Source of the DNA: Macrostomum lignano
Taxonomy: Eukaryota
Direction: 5' to 3'
Assembly: GCA_002269645.1 (NCBI GenBank)
Contig: NIVC01002173.1
Location: forward strand, 26,603 to 90,602
DNA: 64,000 nt
A program made the translations under genes and the position numbers. The notes beneath the pieces were generated by a model. That model saw nothing but the letters and a program-made list of their open reading frames with translations, ran no database searches and had not been told where the DNA came from. Of this stretch, positions 11,501 to 23,500 are shown piece by piece (the first letter of the stretch is position 1; the number at the start of each line of letters is the position of its first letter).

Positions 11501-14500
11501 GGCTATTCAGTGACTGGATAACAGGCTATTCAGTGACTTGATAGCAGGCTGTTCAGTGACTGGATAACAGGCTATTCAGTGACAGGATAACAGGCTATTC
11601 AGTGACTGGATAACAGGCTATTCAGTGACTGGATAACAGGCTATTCAGTGACTGGATAGCAGGCTGTTCAGTGACTGGATTACAGGCTATTCAGTGACTG
11701 GATAACAGGCTATTCAGTGACTTGATAGCAGGCTGTTCAGTGACTGGATTACAGGCTATTCAGTGACAGGATAACAGGCTATTCAGTGACAGGATAACAG
11801 GCTATTCAGTGACAGGATAACAGGCTATTCAGTGACTGGATAACAGGCTATTCAGTGACTGGATAACAGGCTATTCAGTGACAGGATAACAGGCTATTTA
11901 GTAACTAAAGTAAACAATCCAGTGCTGGAAAAAGTTGTAAGAGAAAGGTCTTTAAGGTCTAGAGCCTCCTGAGCAGCTTTGGTACTTACGTGGCACACTG
12001 TCAGGGCTGCAACACGTTATCGATCGGTCTAGCATTGATTTGCTTTTAGTGGGAAAAAAGTAAGACCTTTTTGTGTGCTTGCGTCTGCTGTACTCAAATT
12101 CTAAAACTCTTGCGTGAGTTGCCGCTACCGGCCAATTGGATTTGCTTTCCCATGCAGCCTCAAGCCGAACCGACTGCTCCGAAGGCCAACTAGTAGAGCA
12201 CTCTTGGCACAATTCTCGGTGCACAATTAGCCATGGTAGTCGAGCCCGGGTGCAAACTCGATTTTGCTGAGCGCTCGCCGACTTCAAGTCATTGAGAATT
12301 CAATTTGCAGTCCTGTTTCTCTGTCTCTCTCCGGATGTCTTGCAGCCATTTCTGTTGAAATGTTTTCGGAACGAGAGTCGTAGAAGAAGCGGAGAAGAAT
12401 TGCAGCAGTTTGATTGCAGGTGCGCCCACTTCTGCCGCTGTCCCGAAGCAGGCAGGCGCTCACACGGGGTGTAAAAAGCGGCTTTGACTATTTCCAAAGC
12501 AATCCGATATTTCTGACCCATGCAGGCTTGTTCGGCCTACCCTAACGACGGGAAGTCAGAATTCTGAAAGCTGGAACCGAGCCCAGGCTTAATTCCATAT
12601 ACGAGCTATAAGTAGCCAAATATGTATGCAGAATAAAAAAGTTCAGCATCGTCTCAGAGATGATTCAAACTGCCTGCCTGCCATGCCATTAAGCTGATGC
12701 GATGTGACATGCTCAATACCCGCGGGAGTGCCGGGAAAATGGAAATGCAATTTTAGAGACTTACTTTCCTGTGGAGAGTGCATCTTGTCCAGAGATGGGA
12801 CTAAGTTGTTCAGGCCTTGCCGGCTACCTACTACTTACTCTCCGGGCAAGTAGTTGCTGCTCAAAAAGCTGTCGATTTATGGTAGAAGGTAGAAGCTGAA
12901 GCACGAGTATTAAGGCCCTGAACAAAACCGGAATTTGAAGCGAGCGAAAAACAAGTCGGCTACCCTCGCGTGGAAAACTTTGCACGCACGTCCCCCGCTT
13001 TTTCTAGAAACCTGCCGCACCGTCATCTCCGCCGCTGCCACCGCCGGACTCGTCCGTCGGCGCCTTCGAGGTGGTGCTCCGTCGACTCGCCGGTCAGGGC
13101 TTCGGCTTCAGCATCGCTGGCGGAGTCGACGAGCCGCACCAGCCCGGCGACAGCCGCCTGTTCGTCACGAAGGTCGCGCCGGGTGGCGTAGCCGAATCCG
13201 ACGGCCGGATGTCTGTCGGTGACGTCATTCTGGCCGTGAACGGCGTCGACGTCACCTCTGTGTCGCACGAGGCGGCCGTATCGGCGCTGAAGATGTCGGG
13301 CGCTCAGCTCAGTCTCCTCATGTTGAGGCCGCCGCCTCAGCCGCAGCCGGCTTTGAAACCGACAGCTGAAGCTGCGCCTCTGCCGGCTGAGCCGCCAGTT
13401 ACCATGGAGACTGGCGCTGAGGCCAACGGAGGTACATTTCTACCTGCTTGAGTTTTTTAGCTGCTAATCCAGTAAATTCCAGGAATGTTTATCTTAATGA
13501 CTCGTCATGTCAGAGATTTACTTCTCGACTTCTCGAACTCACCTCGGACTCACCTCGGACTCACCTCTCGGACTCACCTCTCGGACTCACCTCTCGGACT
13601 CACCTCTCGGACTCACCTCTCGGACTCACCTCTCGGACTCACCTCTCGGACTCACCTCTCGGACTCACCTCTCGGACTCACCTCTCGGACTCACCTCTCG
13701 GACTCACCTCTCGGACTCACCTCTCGGACTCACCTCTCGGACTCACCTCTCGGACTCACCTCTCGGACTCACCTCTCGGACTCACCTCTCGGACTCACCT
13801 CTCGGACTCACCTCTCGGACTCACTATTGAAGCTTCTCCCACCCAATGCGTCTCCCGTGTTGCAGGCGGCGGCCCGCTGGAGGTGACGCTGTCCAAGACG
13901 GCCCGCGGCCTGGGCTTCAGCATCGCCGGCGGGACGGACAATCAGCACCTGCCTGGCGACGACTCGATCTTCGTCACGAAGGTGATCGACGGCGGCGCCG
14001 CGCAGCACAGTGGCCGCATCGGCTTCGGCGACCGCCTGCTGGCCGTTGACGGCCGCCCGTTGACCGCCTGCACCCACCAGGAGGCCGTGGCCACCCTCAA
14101 AGCCACCGGCGACCGGGTCCGCCTCACCGTTGGCAAGGCGACGCCCGAGGAGGTCGCCCTGCTCATTGAGCTGGATGAGGCTGCTCGGTTGGAGGAACAG
14201 GAGGCTGAAGCTGCGGCTGCTGGTGAGTTGCTGACTCATCTGTATGTGCTCAGCTATGGTTGCTGACTCATCTGTATGTGCTCAGCTATGGTTGCTGACT
14301 CATCTGTATGTGCTCAGCTATGGTTGCTGACTCACCTGTATGTGCTCAGCTATGGTTGCTGACTCATCTGTATGTGCTCAGCTATGGTTGCTGACTCATC
14401 TGTATGTGCTCAGCTATGGTCTCTGACTCATCTGTATTTGCTCAGCTATGGTTGCTGACTCATCTGTATGTGCTCAGCTATGGTTGCTGACTCATCTGTA

Positions 14501-17500
14501 TGTGCTCAGCTATGGTTGCTGACTCATCTGTATGTGCTCAGCTATGGTTGCTGACTCATCTGTATGTGCTCAGCTATGGTTACTGACTCATATGTATGTG
14601 CTCAGCTATGGTCTCTGACTCATCTGTATGTGCTCAGCTATGGTTGCTGACTCATCTGTATGTGCTCAGCTATGGTTCCTGACTCATCTGTATGTGCTCA
14701 GCTATGGTTGCTGACTCATCTGTATGTGCTCAGCTATGGTTGCTGACTCACCTGTATGTGCTCAGCCAGTCTCTGATTGGTTGCTGGCTTACCATTGCCA
14801 TTTTACTGTAAAATACTTTTATATGTCTTGCGGCATTTCGCACCCCTATTTAAAGAAGGGTCTTTTCACTCTACTCGTATCAGTAGTGCGAGGTGTGCAA
14901 TTTCGTTGAGCTTCCATTCAAATTAGTTAATTTTCAACCAGATCTGTTTGTCAATTCATTCATATTGCGCTTAACTACTCGGTAGTAGTCAGTACAGATT
15001 TGCATATAAATAAAATTTGGACGTTGCGTTTCGATTGGCGGAATTTGAAACTGTTGCTGAAGGTAAGCCCGAGTCCCGCTGGAACATAACCAGATTACTA
15101 AAGCTAGCTGCCTGTCGCATTCATATTATTAGTGTTGCCGACACACCTACGGCAGAATGCTACACTGTCTCCTCCTGAGTCTGCCTATAGACCTCACTGC
15201 GAGTAGCGCTAATGATTTAATAACGGACCGTAACTTCTCACTTTGCTCTTGAGTTCTTTTAGACCCCCCAGGTTAATGTTTAATCAGCCCCATTCATTTG
15301 TACCTTTGGCTTTGGAAACAGACTGAGAGTTTCAAGCATTCTGAGTTGACATGCTTTGCGTTTCTTTTTGTCATTTCTCTCGCTCAGGCTGGGTCTAGGC
15401 GCATGTGTCTCTCCACGCATTACACTGAGTTTGAGCATTTTATTCTGCGTGTACAGGTGGGTCAGCTGACCCAGCCAATAAGTCTGTACAGGTGGGTCAG
15501 CTGACCCAGCCAATAAGTCTGTACAGATGGGTCAGCTGACCCAGCCAATAAGTCTGTACAGATGGGTCAGCTGACCCAGCCAATAAGTCTGTACAGATGG
15601 GTCAGCTGACCCAGCCAATAAGTCTGTACAGATTGGTCAGCTGACCCAGTCAATAAGTCTGTACAGATTGGTCAGCTGACCCAGTGAGTGTGTAGAGATT
15701 GGGTCAGCCATCTCCTGACCCAGTCAGAGTGTAGAGATTGGGTCAGCCATCTCCTAACCCAGTGAGTGTGTAGAGATTGGGTCAGCCATCTTCTGACCCA
15801 GTGAGTGTGTAGAGATTGGGTCAGCCATCTCCTAACCCAGTGAGTGTGTAGAGATTGGGTCAGCCATCTCCTGACCCAGTCAGAGTGTAGAGATTGGGTC
15901 AGCCATCTCCTAACCCAGTGAGTGTGTAGAGATTGGGTCAGCCATCTCCTGACCCAGTGAGTGTGTAGAGATTGGGTCAGCTATCTTCTGACCCAGTGAG
16001 TGTGAAGAGATTGGGTCAGCCATCTCCTAACCCAGTGAGTGTGTAGAGATTGGGTCAGCCATCTCCTGACCCAGTGAGTGTGTAGAGATTGGGTCAGCCA
16101 TCTCCTGACCCAGTGAGTGTGTAGAGATTGGGTCAGCCATCTCCTGACCCAGTGAGTGTGTAGAGATTGGGTCAGCCATCTCCTGACTCAGTCAGAGTGT
16201 AGAGATTGGGTCAGCCATCTCCTGACCCAGTCAGTGTGTAGAGATTGGGTCAGCCATCTCCTGACCCAGTGAGTGTGTAGAGATTGGGTCAGCCATCTCC
16301 TAACCCAGTGAGTGTGTAGAGATTGGGTCAGCCATCTCCTGACCCAGTGAGTGTGTAGAGATTGGGTCAGCCATCTCCTGACCCAGTGAGTGTGTAGAGA
16401 TTGGGTCAGCCATCTCCTGACCCAGTGAGTGTGTAGAGATTGGGTCAGCCATCTCCTGACCCAGTGAGTGTGTAGAGATTGGGTCAGCCATCTCCTAACC
16501 CAGTGAGTGTGTAGAGATTGGGTCAGCCATCTTCTGACCCAGTGAGTGTGTAGAGATTGGGTCAGCCATCTCCTAACCCAGTGAGTGTGTAGAGATTGGG
16601 TCAGCCATCTCCTGACCCAGTGAGTGTGTAGAGATTGGGTCAGCCATCTCCTGACCCAGTGAGTGTGTAGAGATTGGGTCAGCCATCTCCTGACCCAGTG
16701 AGTGTGTAGAGATTGGGTCAGCCATCTCCTGACTCAGTCAGAGTGTAGAGATTGGGTCAGCCATCTCCTGACCCAGTCAGTGTGTAGAGATTGGGTCAGC
16801 CATCTCCTGACCCAGTCAGAGTGCGGAGCCTGGGTCAGCTGATCAGCAGATTCTGAGTTCATTGATTATTCATTTATAAATGGCATTGAGTCCGACAAGC
16901 TTCCGCTTTTTGTTCAGAAATGCTTGCATTACTAAATGCCCTTTGGATTTTGCTGATAGGCAATCGAAGCATTTTTGTTTTGAGTTCTTTCTAATAATTT
17001 TAAGAGACTCTTCCTCAGAACTAAAATAATTTTGAGTTCTATCTACTTATTGCCTTTTCTGTTGGCTGACGAATGAGTACTTTATCAAATTCTTATTTTT
17101 AGCAATTTCCTCTAAGAAATTAATTTGATGCAGCGGCAGGATTCTGGACCCTCCAACCGCCCTCACTCACTGCAGGAGGGGCCGCTCGCGGACTGCCCGG
17201 CTCGACGAGACCCAGCGGACCCGACGCTCAGCAAAGGCATGGTAAGTGACTGAGCTGCATGACCATACCCTGACTGAGCTACATGACCATACCCTGACTG
17301 AGCTGCATGACCATACCCTGACTGAGCTGCATGACCATACCCTGACTGAGCTGCATGACCATACCCTGACTGAGCTGCATGACCATACCCTGACTGAGCA
17401 GCATGACCATTCACTGACTGAGCTGCATGACCATACCCTGACTGAGTTGCATGACCATACCCTGACTGAGCTGCATGACCATACCCTGACTGAGCTGCAT

Positions 17501-20500
17501 GACCATACCCTGACTGAGCTGCATTGATCATACCCTGACTGAGCTGCATGACCATACCCTGACTGAGCTGCATTGATCATACCCTGACTGAGCTACATGA
17601 CCATACCCTGACTGAGCTGCATGACCATACCCTGACTGAGCTGCATGACCATACCCTGACTGAGCTGCATGACCATACCCTGACTGAGCTGCATGACCAT
17701 ACCCTGACTGAGCAGCATGACCATTCACTGACTGAGCTGCATGACCATACCCTGACTGAGCTGCATGACCATACCCTGACTGAGTTGCATGACCATACCC
17801 TGACTGAGCTGCATGACCATACCCTGACTGAGCTGCATGACCATACCCTGACTGAGCTGCATTGATCATACCCTGACTGAGCTGCATGACCATACCCTGA
17901 CTGAGCAGCATGACCATTCACTGACTGAGCTGCATGACCATACCCTGACTGAGCTGCATGACCATACCCTGACTGAGCTGCATGACCATACCCTGACTGA
18001 GCTGCATGACCATACCCTGACTGAGCTGCATGACCATACCCTGAATGAGCTGCATGACCAAAATCTGACTGAATTCATGACCATAATCTGACTGAATCCA
18101 TAAAAAATCTAACTAAATCCATGACCATAATCTGACTGAACCATGACTATAATCGGACTGAATCCATGTTCATAACCTGACTGAATCCATGATCTGCGTG
18201 TACCATGACAATACACGCAGAGCTGACTGAATCTATGACAATAATCTGATGATATTCGCAGTCATGAGGTCACAATGCAGTCATGAGGTCACAATGCAGT
18301 GCAGAGTCATGAGGTCACAATGCAGTCATGAGGTCACAATGCAGTCATGAGGTCACAATGCAGTCATGAGGTCACAATGCAGTCATGAGGTCACAATGCA
18401 GTCATGAGGTCACAATGCAGTCATGAGGTCACAATGCAGTCATGAGGTCACAATGCAGTCATGAGGTCACAATGCAGTCATGAGGTCACAATGCATCCGC
18501 CCCTCTACCCGCAGCGGGATTTCAAGGTCCGCCCGACGGCGCCCCGAGCAGCAGCAAGAAGTCCAAAGGACTCGGCGGCCTGTTTGGCGGCGGCAAGAAG
18601 AAATGAAAACAAATTGTGCTCCTTGCTGCTTCAAGAAGAGACAGAGCGCCTCTTCCCGTGTCTCGGCAATGCCTTGTACTTTTTTGGATCGGCTTAACCA
18701 GTGAAATTTGCTGAGTTTTAATTCTCTGAGGTGTTACTTAATTAGTAGTGCCGCTGTCACTTGTCGCTCCTGTCACTAGTCACCGAACCGTTAAAAACAT
18801 TGATCACTCATCATTAATCATTATTTACACATCAACAGTTTTGCCCCAATGACTGAAAGTTTTTGTTTTACCGAGAATACCCAATCTTTACATTGCATTG
18901 TCGCAGCTGGTCAATTCGACATTCCCAGTTTATTCTCTCAATAAACTGTAGCGTTTTAGACAATATACTTGCGATCGTGTGATAATGATAGCTTAGTTTT
19001 ACGTTTTTCCTCAACCAATTTCAAAGTACACAATATACTTTGAAAAATTCGGTCTCGAGTTCTCCCCATCAGTACCCGGTGGTCCGCGCCAGTTATTTTT
19101 GCAATCGGGAGCTGCCCGTGGAAGCAAAATCCGGTCTGGCGCAGCTGGCCAAGGCAGCGCTGCCGAAATCCCCCTCCCCGCCCAGCGCAGCTTTGACTCT
19201 GATGGCAGCTAAGGGGATTTCGCGCCTGAGAAATGCATAGTGAGGATCGGCAGTGCTGCACTCTGTTGTGTCCCCACACTCGCTGGACCTGTAATCACTG
19301 CTCTCACTGATGCTGCCGCGTCTCCCCACCCCCCCCCCAACTCGCTGTGTTTTTTGCTCCGCAGCCGTGCTCATTCATTCCTTCATCGGCCCCGGGGGGG
19401 GGGGGCTGTGACAGACTGCATGGCTGACTGGCTGGCTGGCTCGGTTTCAATCAGGCAGCGCAGATGAAGCAGAGAGGCTGCTGCAGCTCTGCCATCGGAT
19501 ATAATTTCAATCCGGTCCGCAGCGCCATGCGCGGTAATTACTCGAGGAGGGGGGAGGCTGATGAGGCGCACCACGCACACGCGCACTGGGCCGGCTTTGG
19601 TTCCCATCGGGTCGGCTTCTCCTCTTCCCGGCCTGCTGCTGGTGTGCGGTTTCCGCCAGTGTGTGCCGAGGGCTGCGGGCCCGCGCGCTTCATCGGCTGC
19701 GGACAATGCGGAAGCGATCTGGGGGATTCTGCTCCCCCATTCAAATCTGCCGGTGCTGCTTTCTGCTCTGCTGAGCAGCTCATCAGCTCCGCGTGTTGCA
19801 GAATTCGCTTATAGAGCTTGTGTAGGCATGTCAGGGTGACGGATGGCGTGCTGTCTTCAGGTTTGTGTAGGCATGTCCGGGTGACGGATGGCGTGCTGTC
19901 TTCAGGTTTGTGTAGGCATGTCCGGGTGACGGATGGCGTGCTGTCTTCAGGTTTGTGTAGGCATGTCAGGGTGACGGATGGCGTGCTGTCTTCAGGTTTG
20001 TGTAGGCATGTCCGGGTGACGGATGGCGTGCTGTCTTCAGGTTTGTGTAGGCATGTCAGGGTGACGGATGGCGTGCTGTCTTCAGGTTTGTGTAGGCATG
20101 TCAGGGTGACGGATGGCGTGCTGTCTTCAGGTTTGTGTAGGCATGTCAGGGTGACGGATGGCGTGCTGTCTTCAGGTTTGTGTAGGCATGTCAGGGTGAC
20201 GGATGGCGTGCTGTCTTCAGGTTTGTGTAGGCATGTCAGGGTGACGGATGGCGTGCTGTCTTCAGGTTTGTGTAGGCATGTCAGGGTGACGGATGGCGTG
20301 CTGTCTTCAGGTTTGTGTAGCATGTCCGGGTGACGGATGGCGTGCTGTCTTCAGGTTTGTGTAGCATGTCATTGTGACCTACCGTACATGTATTCTTTGA
20401 CGCTTTTGTTTCATCTTACTAATCATAGAAAGATTTATTAGACTGTGTAAGTCAGGAGTTCAGATGAGTTGTTACCTACAGCTAACAACAAACTTTCGAA

Positions 20501-23500
20501 TTTGGGACCTGAGGGGTTGCTGGAATCTCAGCAGCTTATAGCAGCGCTGCTAGAAGCGTCTGATAGAAGCTTCAGTAAGCAGCTGACAGAGGTGAGGACT
20601 CTGAGCCACTGGGCACGCGCAGAGTTTCTCATACACTTCTAAACTCGGCGTGTTAGCTCAGCTCAGCTCAGCCCACCGCCCCTGTAGGACTCAGCTAAGC
20701 ACCCAAGGTGAGCCGTGGTGAGGCGGCGGTAAAAGTCCCGCACTGACTGGCCCCGGCCTCAGTGGGGGAGCAGCTCCCCCTTAATCCCGAGCAGGCCATA
20801 AGTGGAATTGGGCATTTCACTTTTTACACTTTTATGACCTGCGATCGCCTTCTGCCGCCTTCTACGCTGCCCCCCCCCCCCGGCCCCGCGTGTGGGACTT
20901 CGCGGCAAGGCCTGGATGCCCGCAGCTGCCTCCTCCCTCGCTTATCTTCCTACGGTTGTCTTTCCCCCTCCAGTCGGGGCTAAATTTATCCCTGAAACAG
21001 CTTCCTACCGCTTGTACTCCCATCGATCCCTGATCCCCTGGGGAAGTTCCGGGTGGCAACTCGAACGCCTGTCTGCCTGCCAGGCCGCCACGAAGAAGCT
21101 GAAAATAAACAGAAGCTGCAGCGCGACCCCGCCGCTCACCTGGCGCCTTCCAGCGCATCTTTCAGTTGAAACCTCTGCTTTTTGGAAGCAATTTTAGAGA
21201 GCCAAAGCGCCGCAAGCTAACGCTGCCTCTCTCTGCCCCCCTCTGCACTCTCGCTGAACAGCTTCGAGTGGCTCAGCGGGCGGCAGCCTTCGACAGTCGC
21301 GACCGCGGCAGCGTCGACTGCGTCAGCGGCGGCACTCGCTGTCGGCTGTTGGAGAGGCGCACTTGGACGGCGAACTGAACGGTTGGACTAGGTGAGTAAC
21401 GGCAGATGTGTGAATTAAAAATCTAGGTCTGTGAATGAGCAATGCAGATGTGTGAATGAGGACTTCAAGTGTGTGAATGAGAAGTTCAGATGTGTGAATG
21501 AGAAGTTCGGATGTGTTAATGAGGAATTTAGATGTGTGAATGACTATTTCAGATGTGTGAAGGAGGAAATTAGATGTGTGAAGGAGGAAATTAGATGTGT
21601 GAAGGAGGAGTTCAGATGTGTGAATGAGAAGTTCAGATGTGTGAATGAGAAGTTCAGATGTGTGAATGAGGAGTTCTGATATGTGAATGAAGAATTCAGA
21701 TGCGTGAATGAGGAATTCAGGTGTGTGAATGAGGAATTCAGGTGCGTGAATGAGGAATTCAGATGCGTGAATGAAGAATTCAGATGCGTGAATGAGGAAT
21801 TCAGGTGTGTGAATGAGGAATTCAGGTGCGTGAATGAAGAGTTCAGATGTGTGAATGAGGGAATGCTAATAATAAACACAGCCAGAGACAAGAAAAGCCA
21901 CATAATAGAGGCCAATAGGCAATATGGGTGATGGCCAATGGTCCAGTTTCCAAGCCAGAGCACTCATTATTCAAGAAATTTCAACTCTTTCATTCCGGAT
22001 CGCGGAAGTCATTCGATCTGCGCCTTGCGATTTTCTCCGGCGGTCAATGCGGCCGGTCTGCCTCCCCCCCGGGACCGTCGGTGGACCGGCCGAAGTCTCC
22101 CACGGCAGGATGCGTACTGGAATTCTTTCAAGTCGCCGGCCTCCCATTTCCCCTCACTAAAAGGTCCGGGTCAGAGATCCGCAATGCCTATTTGCTATTC
22201 AAAGCGGCCTCAAATCTCCCTTAACTCCCGTCGGACTCAAACCGGCAACCTACCAACGCGAGTCTGGGGTTCGAATCTTGGTCCAACTTCTTCCTGGCCT
22301 CCTCCGCTGCCCCCCCCAGACTCTCCGCTCGTTTTTCGGTCGACTTGCCGCCACGCATCGCTGACTCAAATCTGCTCAGCCTGCCCAGGCCTGAGCGCTG
22401 CGGCAGCCTCGGCCAAGCAGCATGCAGGAGCCGGACTTCCTGCCCCTAAGCTGCCTGACAGGGGACTCTCCCCTCTCCCCCTCTCCTTCTCTCTCCCTCT
22501 CTCCCTCTCTCCCTGTCTGCCTCTATCTCCCTCTCCCCCTCTCGCCCTCTCCCTCTCTCCCCTCTCCCTCTCTCCCCATCTCCCTCTCACCCTCTCTCCC
22601 TCTCTCCCCCTCTCCCTCTCTCTCCCTCTCCCTCTCTCCCCATCTCCCTCTCTCCGCCTCCACCTCTCCCCCTCTCCCTCTCTCCCCCTCTCCCTCTCTC
22701 CCTCTCTCCCTCTCCTCCTCTGCCCCTCTCCCTCTCTCCCTCTCTAATTCTCTCCTTCTCTCTCCCCGCCTCTCCCTATCTCTCTCTACCTCTCTCCGCT
22801 CGGTGTCTCCTACCTACCTCTCTGAAGCATCCTCTCACTCTTTCCCAATCTCTCCACTCTCCACTTCTCATTCTCACCCTGGATCTCCCTCTCCCGGTAT
22901 CAATTTCCTTGCCCTCCGTGCCCCCCTCTCCCCTCCCTCCACCCCGCTAGCCCGGTGCCCCCCAGCAGCAGCCGCTGACCCCAGCAGCAGGAAGTCGCAA
23001 GGCGCTGCCGCGGTCTTGGTGGGACTCGAGCAGCGGTGGCCGAGAGTGCAGCGGCGGCCGCGGTCACCGATCCGCCTGCCTCTGCCACTCCCTCTCGCTT
23101 CCCAGCTCCTCTCCGCCTCGCCACTTCCCACTGGCTCTCCCCGAGCTGCCATGGGGATTTACGCGCCCTCTTCTCCCTTCCTGCCCTCGCCCCTCTGCCC
23201 CGCTACCGAAGGCCACACTTTCCCCGCCCCTTCTGCCAGTAAATATATAGAGGCTGCGGCCGAGGGCAGGCAGAGAGGAAGAAGAGGCCCAAGCCCCTCC
23301 CGTGCCGCAGCCGCATCCGCCGCAGTTTCCAAGCCCCATCGCCCCGAAACTGCTTGTTCCTCTTTGAACTGGCGGCCTGCAGCAGACAGCAAGAAGCAAG
23401 CGGAACGCGAGAAAAGTTTCTTTCTCCATCGCTGCCCCCAGGCGAAGCCAAGCCGTAGAATAAAGGAGACGCTTCCCCTTTTCCCCGCCGGCGCCGAGGC

